Source: Antedon mediterranea
Taxonomy: Eukaryota; Animalia; Echinodermata
Reading direction: 5' to 3'
NCBI RefSeq assembly: GCF_964355755.1
Contig: NC_092679.1
Span: forward strand, 28,001-92,000
DNA length: 64,000 nt
The position numbers and the translations under genes were made by a program. Below the pieces are notes generated by a model. That model saw only the letters and a list, made by a program, of their open reading frames with translations, was not told the origin of the DNA and did no database searches. Positions 25,470-39,100 of the stretch are shown piece after piece (within the stretch, counting starts at the first letter, position 1; every line of letters begins with the position of its first letter).

Positions 25470-25482
25470 CTGTCATGGTAAC
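25470..25482 (+). promoter_or_regulatory. Candidate RFX X-box
   Basis: CTGTCATGGTAAC (strong GGTAAC half-site) upstream of a putative non-coding first exon ending at 25680 (CAG|GTAGGC). Confidence 0.45.
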
Positions 25483-26055
25483 GTTTAACAGTTAGAGTAC
25501 ATACTAAAACTTAACTCTGTACTGTTACCCTCTCATATCATACAGACAGAGCTTGCAGCAGAGAGTCTACACTCTGTGTAATAATAAAAACGTAGGCCCT
25601 AACTGCTAAATCTTCAATCACATACCTTGTTAATGTTGGAATTGATTTTGACCAGAACCTGAGTGGTACAGCTACAGCAGGTAGGCTATGTAATACTACT
25701 ATACCTAGTACTAGTTAGTAGGCTAGGCCTATAATATATAGTATAGGCCTAGTACTAGCCTACTAGCTAGGCCTCCTAGAAGGCCTAGCTAGTAAGCCTA
25801 CCTAGTTTTAGGCCCTGGCCTAGCCTCTATCTATAATATATCTATAATAATATGAGGCCCATTGTAATTTGTATGCTAGGCCTAGGCTAGGCCGTATTGT
25901 ATGTTAACCAACCTAAAATAACATAAAGGAGGATACCCTCAGAAATTATCAGAAAGTGTAACAACATTCAATTTCTTTTCATTAATACTAGATTACTACT
26001 ACAATTAATCTAGTAATTCCTAGGCCCTAGACTACTCTACTAAATAGGAAAAAAT

Positions 26056-26714
26056 ATGAGTGGGGAATGTATGGGAACATTTGGAAGCTACCAATGGCGA
26101 TATCCACAATATCTTATGGAAAAATATTACCAAAATGTTACACCAGCAGCAGGAGATGATGGTGTACAAGGTGCAAGTACAGAGACTGTGTGGGTCAATA
26201 AACGTTACATCCCAACCGACTTGAGAAGCACTGCTCCAGTAGCACGGCACAAGCTAATGACACCAACGAATCTGCCACAAGTAGAGAAACATTGGGTGCC
26301 TTATGGTGAGCCTTCATTAAGTAGAATCTTAAGAGCAACAGAAGAACAGTTTATATATAAATCTCAACCAAGTACAAGATCAGAACAATGGTCAACATTA
26401 AGACAGCTTTTGCCATCATATGGTAGACCTATACGGAAGTGTCCTCCAAATTGGGGAACAGGCATAGCTCTTCCCCCATTAGTAACACCAAAGAGAGAAG
26501 AAAGGTTCCCCCACATTAACAGTCCAATGACAAGGTAAGCTTTACAGTAAGAATAGATTACAGTTTTAATTAAAGATATGCTTGTACTGTAAGTATTTAC
26601 AATTATTCTTATTTATTCTTATACTTCACACAATAATGTTGCTTTAAAATGTTTTTGATTTCCAGATACACAGATGATATGCACCTTACAAATCGGCTAT
26701 TTAGACTGCATTAG
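26056..26714 (+). CDS. Uncharacterised 175-aa protein, possibly axonemal or sperm-expressed
   Basis: Exon 26056-26534 (AG|GTAAGC) plus 26666-26714 (TTCCAG|), ending ...ERFPHINSPMTRYTDDMHLTNRLFRLH*; non-repetitive, GC-elevated; AATAAA at ~26947. Confidence 0.8.
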
Positions 26715-28676
26715 GAATCTGTGGAGAGACTGTTTCAAGACTACATTAATTAACAGATATATCCATTTTTAGAGTTGTTTTTTAATACAAATCAATTACT
26801 AAGATGAATTGTACTTTTGTATCTTTTTCATATTTATACCTGACTTTCAACAGTGTGACTGTGCAATAACTTTGGATAATGTGTGCCTGGTTTCCATTTC
26901 ATGACACGTGATTGTTTATTTTATAGTTTTTAATTTTTGTTTAGTAATAAAAGATAAATACTGTACATATAGAGATGTTTTGTGTACTTGTGTAAAAAAG
27001 TGCATTGCACTCTACCAATGTAACAGTACATGAGAAATAGCCTATTATATTACATAGCCTATGTAACAGTACATGAGAAATAGCCTATTATATTCAATAT
27101 ACAGTTACTACGTACTACACATTACATCATCAAACCACATCTTTGTTTACAGCAGTAGCATAACGATGCATTATGATTCTGTTGAAATGGTTTAATACAG
27201 CCATAACAATGTAAATGCATCTTGTCGTAAATGTTTTATAGAATACAACACAAATAATTTATATTTATTGTTGACAATTTATTGACACAGAAGAATATTA
27301 AGACATTGACATGAAATCTATTACTTTATATCAACTGGTGTGCAAATAGCAAAGGTGGTATACAAGTTAATTGCATTTACTCACAATACATATCAAAAGT
27401 CAATTCAAAGATTTTATAAGATCACATGTATAACAAGTCCAATACTGGAAGGGCAGACATTACCACAATGGATGCAGGGGATAGTTGTGTAGTATGCTGT
27501 CAGTGCATGTAAAGAAACATTGCTAAATGCGAAGGAGGTACAGTATTAGATAACAAACACAGGTTAAGTACCACAGCGAATGGTCATTATTTTAGTAGGG
27601 TAAAGAGCACCTCTCACCTTAAATAATGTATGTAAATTTCAGTGTGGCCCGTTGTGTAAATTGAAAAGAAACTAGTGCATAAAGTATCATATACAAGCAG
27701 TGTTGAAACATACCGAGTGAAGATGAGCTACATTTCATTAATACAGCTGGTTATATTATCATCGGTTCATTTTGTATCTTAACTGATTTATGAGAGCTTT
27801 TAAAGCTTGAGTCTGACCTGACACACTCGTTGCCAACGCCATTTTATTTTACATAGCTAATTACTGCTATTTAAGTACTTCTACTTGAATTTCCAAATAA
27901 AATATTTGCCATTAAGTTTTCTACCTGCTCTTCCTAATTGCTTTATATCTTTGTTTCAGTTCATCAGTAGTATGTCAATCAAATCTACAAAACATGAGCT
28001 TACATTTTACAAATGGTAGATAGTGTAGGCCTATTATATCTGTAATCTTGCTTTAAAAACATTAACAAAAGTAGTCTATCTCTGAACCAGCATTTGTTTA
28101 AAACATAAAATAAATCTATCAATGCAAGTGTGGAGTACTTTTTAATTTAAAAACTCCCATTCTAAATGGTAGCTCCTTGCTACCTTTATTCTAATATGTT
28201 AAAATATTTGTTAATGTTACACTAATATGCAATATATCTATTCAATACATTTATATCTATCTACATTTTATATAGTAATTTAAAATTGTCTACTTGTGAT
28301 TGCACTTTAACAACTTCTCCTATAGCAACATCTGGTGGTACAAACTAAAGTTTTTTTTAAAATAATTTAGACAAAAAGGAATCTGAATGCAAGTTGATTT
28401 GATAACAAATCCATTACTTAATAACAATATTACTTAAACCATTGATTTACAGGTTGCACATTATGGTAAAAATAATCCCTTAGATCCATAGATCATACAA
28501 TTAAAGATCTTTATAATAAGTTTAAACATGTTGATATGATTTAAATTAAATGATACAACCAATTATGTAGTAGCTTTCAGTCTACAAAAACATACAAGGA
28601 AAAAAAATATACAAGTTTGTTCTTTTGCAAAAACCAATGTAAGTATAAATTTGCATGTACCTGTGTAACATTAAAT

Positions 28677-28815
28677 ATGATAACAGAACATCCTTCTTGT
28701 TATACAACATGATAACAGAACATCCTTCTTGTTATACAACATGATAACAGAACATCCTTCTTGTTATACAACATGATAACAGAACATCCTTCTTAAGTAT
28801 GTTATACAACATGAT
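28677..28815. repeat. 32-bp tandem repeat, ~4 copies
   Basis: ATGATAACAGAACATCCTTCTTGTTATACAAC. Confidence 0.9.
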
Positions 28816-30150
28816 AAAAAAAAACAACAGGTACAAAGCTACTTAAAAGCAAATAAATGATTTGTTAATCTAATATAATTCTTTGGCTGTTATCTCTCAC
28901 ATGAATGAAAAGATATAAATTGAAAACTTAAAAAAAATACAACAGTAGTATGTATATACACAGCACCAAAATAACACTAACAGATTCAATTTTATAAACA
29001 GAATATGAATTTGACAATCTACAGTTAATAGTTTATCAACATACTTCATGATTTAAATGTTTTAACAACTACTAGACAGATCATGTGAATAAAGCAATTA
29101 AACAAATAATGATAATTATTTGTAGGTGAATCCTTACTACTATTTAAATTCCCAACAAACTTTGTCAGGAATAACGAAATATCAGGTTGCTTTTGTGATG
29201 TCAGAGGCTGCTTGTGTGATGTCAGAGGTTGCTTGTGTGATGTCAGAGGTTGGTGTTTTTCTCTTTGGAATGCAATACAACTTACAAGAATATACTTCAA
29301 AATTAATTATTATAAATATACAATGTTAATATACAAGCAATAACACAGTTATTATTACCACTGCTAAGTATGATCACTATGATATTCATATAACAACAAT
29401 GATTTAAACATTTATTTGACAATGACTAGAATAACTACTGCTTGGATTAGTGTAACATGAAGCAGCATCTAAAAGAACTTTGGTTGGGAAACTAAACTTT
29501 TATTAAAGCTATTTAAAATTGTGGGCGGTAAGTTTTTTTTCTTAAGAAAAAAAAACATACTCTTCAGAGCAAAACAGTATTAGCTTTTTATATTTTGTAC
29601 AATATGAATAAAAATTACGTTACAATACATCAAACACTGATTTTTTAAATATCCAAAGATCAGAAATGACAAAAAATATGTTGAGAATTAATTTCATATT
29701 TCTATGTTGTTTTTCCTATGAACTCCAGTGTTCTTGATTTGTTTATTTGCCAAAGCTTCTTTAGCTAAGCAGCATCTAGGATTCTGTAAAATTTAGCTAA
29801 GCAGCATCTAGGATTCTGTAAAATTGCACAATATTTACAATTTACAGTTCCAAATATTTGTAAAAATGTACATTGTTAATAAAATGTTGCATTGTTTACA
29901 GACATATACCAACAATTTTAAATTTGATGGGCACTGTTTATATTTTTGCTAATAAATTCATTATATAGATGAAAGCAAATATATTCTTATTTGGTTAATA
30001 AAAAAGACAACTTAGCACTAAATAGAGACACAAAGAGGACAAACAATGTGTGTTCATATTTGAACTTGTAACAAGTTGTTAAGCCATTCAGGACAAACAA
30101 TGTGTGTTCATATTTGACCTTGTAACAAGTTGTTAAGCCATTCAGGACAT

Positions 30151-33100
30151 TTATGTTGGACACAATACTGAAAAAAAAAAAGAAGGTTTTTGTTACTTTA
30201 AATATATAAAAAAAATTACGTATTTGTTTATATATCTACCGTAGTTAATTATCAACTATGGTTAATACCTTTAAGTATATAGTTGGTCAAAAGATCTGGA
30301 ACTTCTTTACTGTCTTCATCCATTGCTCTGAGGACTAAAGAAAACAGTATTTTAACCATAAATATTGGAAATACAAAAGCAGCAATGACTGTATACAAAG
30401 AATAAGAATCAAAAACTTACTTTTAGTGACAATCTGTAAAGTCTGTATAGTTGGAGGTCCTCTTGGCTTATTGTATGGTATTCTTGTTGTTAGATACTGA
30501 AATGTCAAATATTTGGTATAATGGCTTGAAGATGCAAAATCTAAATGCATGCTTTATAATATGAACGTATAAAACATTAGTAATAAAACAATGAATACAA
30601 ATACTGAGTATAATAGAGGTACACTTACAAGTCCGGGTTAGGGAATACAAATACCAAGTATAATAGAGGTACACTTACAAGTCCGGGTTAGGGAATACAA
30701 ATACTCAGTATAATAGAGGTACACTTACAAGTCCGGGTTCGACACCATTTTTTCCTTTCTTCCCTTGTTTTTTAACTTTCAACGATTTCTGTTTGTTCTG
30801 AACCCTAACAAGGGCAGATATAAACTGATTCTTCATTTCTTTTTCAAACTCAAGTTCTTCTCGGAGAGCAAGATCATGAACTAACACTTCAGAATATTCT
30901 TTGATAGTTTGGTCTAGTTCCTCAAGCAGTTCATTTAGAGCTTGCAAGGACATTGTCTTTAACTCTAAAAAAATGGACGTAAAATTTTGAATTATAGATT
31001 CTATACTATTATACAAATGAGTTTATATTCTACTGCATCTGGGAACTAATTACTATCCATTTTCAGCCTATAATCCACGTCCAACGACTCGCCACAGAAT
31101 ACAAATTTAATAACAGCAATTTTAAGAACGTGCATAGGTAATACAGTATTGGTGAAAAGATTTGAATATGTAGTAGTTTGATGTTTATATAGAAATAAAC
31201 ACAACATAAATTTAGTAATAATACAAATTACAACTTATGATAATCTTAACCCCCTAAGAGAATATTCAAAACAATTTGATTAAAATGATCAATAAATAAA
31301 ATTAAAGGGTAGCTTCATTATACTATCCCAGCAGACAGATAGATATTTGGCATTCATTAGGCTTATTTGTACAGTACACTGGTTTATGCACTAGGCAAGT
31401 GAATGACACAAATATTACATTTGTCATACTGAATTTTTATAATGTGTCTTAAAAAGATAAAAAGAAAAAGCAAATTTAATTATTTTATGTATAATGTACA
31501 AACTAACATGTAAAAAACAAATAAGTGAAATGGAACTAATGCTAAAAGTGAAAAACAATTGAAAAAAAAAAGAAAATACTGAAATAAAATAACCAAATAC
31601 CTTGCCATCCATCTGTGTGCAAGTTGTAAAATTAAAATAAAAATTAAGTTTAAATAAAAATTAGAATAACTTAAATAAAAGAATGCAAGCATGAACTAAA
31701 ATAGATTATATTTATACTGTAGAACTTAATGTATGCAAAATAAAACCATGCACAGTATAACTTATATCTCTCAGTATCTTTACTACCATCTGAAATAATT
31801 TAACATATTAATAATCACTAACAATCTAAATTGATTACTTTACATTTACAATAGTGCCTTGTATTGATGATGTCTAACTAATGGTCTAGTTTGATATATC
31901 TTCAATCAACTGTCTCTTTGCTATTTAGATACAATACATATAATTATAAGCTCAATCTCAATCAAAAAGTACAGTATCTGTATTCGCATGCAATGCTTAT
32001 TAACATGTGTTTATCATTTGTAATTAGAAATTATGCTGGCAATCTGTGTACTTAAGCACAAAGCAAGGCAACTGTTTATCAGATTTAAGCACGCAATGTG
32101 CTCTGTGTTTTTAAATTATTGATTTATCCAGTAAGAATGCACGATAAGGTCATGTGACTGTTTTCATCCTGGCTAAATTTAACAATAATTATTATGGTAT
32201 CTTGTCACGTCAGTGGTGAGTAATAAAGAACACTGCATATTAAATAGGATGCTTTAGTTACTAGTGCTGCTAGTATATTAGTAGTACTACTATCAAACAT
32301 CGAAATACTTCATATTAAATAAGGAGTGCTGTATTAAAAATAGAGAACAGGAATGCATTAGTAATAGTAGAAATATTAAACATGGAGAACACTGCAAATT
32401 ATTAAATGGGAATGCTTTAGTAGTATTCAATATAGAGAGCAGGGCACATTAAATGGGAATGCTTTAGTAGTATTCAATATAGAGAGCAGGGCACATTAAA
32501 TGGGAATGCTTTAGTAGTACAGTCAACTCTCCCAATACCGGACTCTCTGAAAACCAGAAACTCTCCCAATACCAGACTTTTTTTGAGGACCAAAAGGTCC
32601 CAAATTTATATTTACCATTAAAAACACATTCCGAATACCAGACTTTCCGGAAAACCAGACTTATTTGGCCGGCCCAAAGGTGTCCGGTATTGGGAGAGTT
32701 GACTGTATTCAATATAGAGAGCAGGGCACATTAAATGGGAATGCTTTAGTAGTATTCAATATAGAGAGCAGGGCACATTAAATGGGAATGCTTTAGTAGT
32801 ATTCAATATAGAGAGCAGGGCACATTAAATGGGAATGCTTTAGTAGTATTCAATATAGAGAGCAGGGCACATTAAATGGGAATGCTTTAGTAGTATTCAA
32901 TATAGAGAGCAGGGCACATTAAATGGGAATGCTTTAGTAGTATTCAATATAGAGAGCAGGGCACATTAAATGGGAATGCTTTAGTAGTATTCAATATAGA
33001 GAGCAGGGCACATTAAATGGGAATGCTTTAGTAGTATTCAATATAGAGAGCAGGGCACATTAGATGGGAATCCATTAGTAGTAATATTAACCATAGAGAA

Positions 33101-36100
33101 CATGGCATATTAAATGGGAATGCAAGTATTGGAATACTGCACTATATCATTATTATTATCATTATTATTATTTTTGTTTATTTTGTGTTTACTCCATGGT
33201 TTATCCTTGGATTTTGAAGTTATAACAATAATATGTCCATTTTGGCAGATATGTTTCGGTTTTCAGTTTAAAAATTGTTATAATGTATACAGCTTTCATT
33301 CTCAAATATGTTCATTTCGCATTTTGGGTACAGTAATTATTACTATGTCTTGAGCACGTTAGGCTGATACCAACATGACCCATATTTCACATTTTGGGTA
33401 CAGTAATTATTACTATGTCTTGAGCACGTTAGGCTGATACCAACATGACCCATATTTCACATTTTGGGTACAGTAATTATTACTATGTCTTGAGCACGTT
33501 AGGCTGATACCAACATGACCCATATTTCACATTTTGGGTACAGTAATTATTACTATGTCTTGAGCACGTTTGGCTGATACCAACATGACCCATATTTCAC
33601 ATTTTGGGTACAGTAATTATTACTATGTCTTGAGCATGTTAGGCTGATACCAACATGACCCATATTTCACATTTTGGGTACAGTAATTATTACTACTAGA
33701 GGGTGAGCTCGCTTCGCTCGCTCCCCCTCTAGGAAGTGTAGACGATGGTTCTCGGAATGATAATGTTCTCCTTATACATTTTCTGTCGGTTACCATTATT
33801 GAAAATGCTTGACATTCGTAAAACTAAACTACTTTGTTTCACAGTGTTTTAGATGATTAATAACATTTTAAAGTATAGTTTTTATTGTTTGGTAGGGCCC
33901 TTTGGGAAGGCGGAGGTCATTTGAGGGAGGTGCTTATTCGAGGGATATATGTTAAATTTTTTAGTTCTAATAATATGGTAACATTTATAATCAAATGAAA
34001 TCCTCTCATAGATATGAAAAGTGGTAAAAAAGAATAACAAATGCTTGGTAAATTGCAGATAACAGTGCGGTGAATTCTACTACAAATAGTATAATTGTGT
34101 TATTATAAATATGTGGATGGACGTTTATTAGATAGTTGGGTTGTGGGGTGGTTATTATTCAAAGTGATGTTTTATTGGAGAGGCGTTTATTCAAATGAAT
34201 ACCATCCTAATAATTATTAATACATTATTTAATTTAATCATCTTTTGAAACTAACTGCCGTGACAGAGTGGGCCCAAGAAAGAAGACATTACGGCTTGCA
34301 ACATGGGCAGACATCTCGGTCCTAACGGGACACAGGAAGATAGCCTACAGTTATTCCTGCAAGCTTACTCAATAAAACTCAGCTATCGGGATTTTACTCG
34401 AAAAATGTCTTATCAAATCTCCCTATGTAATTTTATAATACTATTCCCCACAATATATTCTGATTCTTTATGGCGTATATTTAATTTGATCTTTATTAAT
34501 TTGCAGTATAATTCCTATTATTTAACTACTGTACCTTCACACACGTGTGGTATGTTTTAAAATAAACAAAAAACTGAAATGGCTATGATTAATGGCCAAT
34601 TTTTTTTTCGTCTTCCAAAGGGACACTGTATTGATTGATGGAAAGTGCCTGTTTCCAGTCACCTTTAGGGTCAAATCTATTATTTTAACTGCTCCCTTCT
34701 GTATAAAAGAGAGAAAATATTTGAAACTAAGGTGAACTTATCTTAAACCCGGAAATTACTTTGACCAGGAAGAATTGAAATTGAGAGGAAAATCCAATGT
34801 TGAAATCATAAATGATGTTAAAAAACTCTTTATAATATCTTCCTAAGATATAAATATGGAATAATAGCGTCGGCGTGCACACTAATGTTATCAAATCTAC
34901 GTTTCGCGGTACATCTCGGATAGATAAGGTAGGTATCCAAGGCGGAGATTTGTAGAGAAGTTTTTGCATTGTGCTCGCCTATGTCAGAATTAACCATAAT
35001 TTATATATAGATGTCTTGAGCACGTTTGGCTGATACCAACATGACCCATATTTCACATTTTGGGTACAGTAATTATTACTATGTCTTGAGCACGTTAGGC
35101 TGATACCAACATGACCCATATTTCACATTTGGGTACAGTAATTATTACTATGTCTTGAGCACGTTAGGCTGATACCAACATGACCCATATTTCACATTTT
35201 GGGTACAGTAATTATTACTATGTCTTGAGCACGTTTGGCTGATACCAACATGACCCATATTTCACATTTTGGGTACAGTAATTATTACTATGTCTTGAGC
35301 ACGTTAGGCTGATACCAACATGACCCATATTTCACATTTTGGGTACAGTAATTATTACTATGTCTTGAGCACGTTAGACTGATACCAACATGACCCATTC
35401 TACATTATTCGGGCATGGTTGGTAATATTATACTTCAGGTAGTTAAATATTATATTAAAGAATTAATCAGTTAATTTTATCAGTTTGTTTGTTTGTTTGT
35501 TTGTTTGTTTTATCTTTATACTGGGTGACCTCTTCAGTCAAAGACTGATCTCCCAGAGGGCCCAGTTGGTGATCAGTGGCTGTGATGTACTAATACACCG
35601 GGGTAACCCCCTACTCGTCTCGAAAGATGTACTAGGTTCTTTAAAGTGCACCCGAGCAAGTTGTGTACACTGGACCTACGGTTTATAGTCCTTCTCCGAG
35701 AAGACTCGTTCTACCACCAGAACCATGGAGTGAGTGAGCCTCGAACACATGCCGATGTTATGGCTACGTATCATCATTCATGAAGAGTAATACACTATTC
35801 TTGATTCCCATTAAAACATCCCATCAAAACATTGACAAAAAAAATCATTATTCCCTCATTCTTATGATCGTAATAAAAACAATTCTTAATACGTATCATC
35901 ATTCATGAAGAGTAATACACTATTCTTGATTCCCATTAATCAAGTTTTAATTAAAAAGACAAGAGTTGTAAACAGTTGTTGGATACAGGAAACTTAATTA
36001 GTAAGAAGAAAGCCTAGACATGAATAATCATGTTAAACCAGCTGAGGGAAACCAATGCATTAAATATTCAATAGCCAATGATGGGTAATGTACTGTACTT

Positions 36101-39100
36101 GAATATTGAAGATGCATTCAATATTCAATAGCCAATGATGGGTAATGTACTGTACTTGAATATTGAAGATGTGAATAAATTATAAACACAGTGACTAATC
36201 AAATGTACACTTTGTAAACATTTCAAATTTAACAAATTTTATATTACTACTAAACTACCTCATTAAATTAATCTCATTAAAATGTAATGCAGGTTCCATG
36301 ATAAAGAAAGGATAAAAATCTGGATTATACCAACATCTGTAACTAAATGAATGTAGCACTTTTAATGGTATTAAAATGCTACAATATTATATAGTGTAGG
36401 TGATACAAAACAATGTGTTAACCGAATAAAATACTTCATACCTCCATGATATAAAAGCCTATTGTATTTAAAATACTTCATACCTCCATGATATAAAAGC
36501 CTATTGTATTTAAAATACTTCATACCTCCATGATATAAAAGCCTATTGTATTTAAAATAAAACATATCATAAGAAAATAATTTTTCTATTACATAATTTT
36601 TCTATTACATTACAATATTAATTTGGGTAATATTTTAATTACTAAACACGGGCAGGTGTAAATAATAAAGTGTATTAATGTTAGTGTATGCAACGCAGTA
36701 TTGACACAGTATATTACAGTATTGACACAGTATATTACAGTACTTACTAACAATCATTTCAATCAAAACAAATACATGTTAATATTATATGATATATGGC
36801 ACTGGACACCAATGGACCAGTGAAACTAATAATAAGGTGTAGTAAATTATATTAGGCACTGGACACCAATGGACCAGAGTGAAACTAATAAATAAGGTGT
36901 AGTAAATGATATTAGGCACTGGACACTAATGGACCAGTGAAACTAATAATAAGGTGTAGTAAATTATATTTGGCACTGGACACCAATGGACCAGTGGAAC
37001 TAATAATAAGGTGTAGTAAATTATATTAGGCACTGGACACCAATGGACCAGTGGAACTAATAATAAGGTGTAGTAAATGATATTAGGCACTGGACACCAA
37101 TGGACCAGTGGAACTAATAATAAGGTGTAGTAAATGATATTAGGCACTGGACACCAATGGACCAGTGAAACTAATAAATAAGGTGTAGTAAATTATATTA
37201 GGCACTGGACACCAATGGACCAGTGAAACTAATAATAAGGTGTAGTAAATTATATTAGGCACTGGACACCAATGGACCAGTGAAACTAATAATAAGGTGT
37301 AGTAAATGATATTTGGCACTGGACACCAATGAACCAGTGAAACTAATAATAAGGTGTAGTAAATTATATTTGGCACTGGACACCAATGGACCAGTGGAAC
37401 TAATAATAAGGTGTAGTAAATGATATTAGGCACTGGACACCAATGGACCAGTGAAACTAATAAATAATGTGTAGTAAATGATATTAGGCACTGGACACCA
37501 ATGGACCAGTGAAACTAATAATAAGGTGTAGTAAATGATATTTGGCACTGGACACCAATGGACCAGTGAAACTAATAAATAAGGTGTAGTAAATTATATT
37601 AGGCACTGGACACCAATGGACCAGTGAAACTAATAATAAGGTATAGTAAATGATATTTGGCACTGGACACCAATGGACCAGTGAAACTAATAATAAGGTG
37701 TAGTAAATTATATTAGGCACTGGACACCAATGGACCAGTGAAACTAATAAATAAGGTGTAGTAAATTATATTAGGCACTGGACACCAATGGACCAGTGAA
37801 ACTAATAATAAGGTGTAGTAAATGATATTAGGCACTGGACACCAATGGACCAGTGAAACTAATAATAATGTGTAGTAAATGATATTTGGCACTGGACACC
37901 AATGGACCCGTGAAACTAATAATAATGTGTAGTAAATGATATTTGGCACTGGACACCAATGGACCAGTGAAACTAATAATAATGTGTAGTAAATTATATT
38001 AGGCACTGGACACCAATGGACCAGTGAAACTAATAATAATGTGTAGTAAATGATATTTGGCACTGGACACCAATGGACCCGTGAAACTAATAATAATGTG
38101 TAGTAAATGATATTTGGCACTGGACACCAATGGACCCGTGAAACTAATAATAATGTGTAGTAAATGATATTTGGCACTGGACACCAATGGACCAGTGAAA
38201 CTAATAATAAGGTGTAGTAAATTATATTAGGCACTGGACACCAATGGACCAGTGAAACTAATAATAAGGTGTAGTAAATGATATTAGGCACTGGACACCA
38301 ATGGACCAGTGAAACTAATAATAATGTGTAGTAAATGATATTTGGCACTGGACACCAATGGACCCGTGAAACTAATAATAATGTGTAGTAAATGATATTT
38401 GGCACTGGACACCAATGGACCAGTGAAACTAATAATAAGGTGAGGTGTAGTAAATTATATTAGGCACTGGACACCAATGGACCAGTGAAACTAATAAATA
38501 AGGTGTAGTAAATTATATTAGGCACTGGACACCAATGGACCAGTGAAACTAATAAATAAGGTGTAGTAAATACCTTGAGCAGCTTTGCTCTCTTCGTAAC
38601 TACTAGTGGTCATTGACCTTTCCCTTAAGACCTGAAGCTCATCGGAGATGGTTGATAAAATGTCTTCCTCTGCCTTTTCATCCAAAGATGATTCTGATTG
38701 TGACTATGGACAAAATGTAAGTGCTTTTTACAATTCTCTTAATTCTCCCTAAATAACTTGAAATTCCATGTTTTAATGTTAATATTCACTGTTGTTATTT
38801 ATAATTTCTGTATTTTACTTAATTTTTTTTGCATAATGCTGTTTTTGTCTTAGTAGGTAGTTTGTTCTTAATAATCATAGGAAATGAATTTTACCTCCTT
38901 AAATATTTCATCAATTTCCTCAATGACTTGATCCGCTGTAAGCACTGGGACATCATTGTTGTCATTATGAACAGAAGTTAAGATCATTGAATGCATGTCA
39001 AAACTCTCTGTAAGATCATCATCATCTGGAAGGTCCAGGTTTGTTGGTGAATCTGCTGGCTATTTACAATGACAAAGTTTTGAATAATTATTTGCTAATT

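Noticed and set aside
36797-38572. CRISPR-like appearance of this and other arrays
   Set aside because: Units are contiguous with no unique spacers, there are no cas genes, and the context is a eukaryotic intron.
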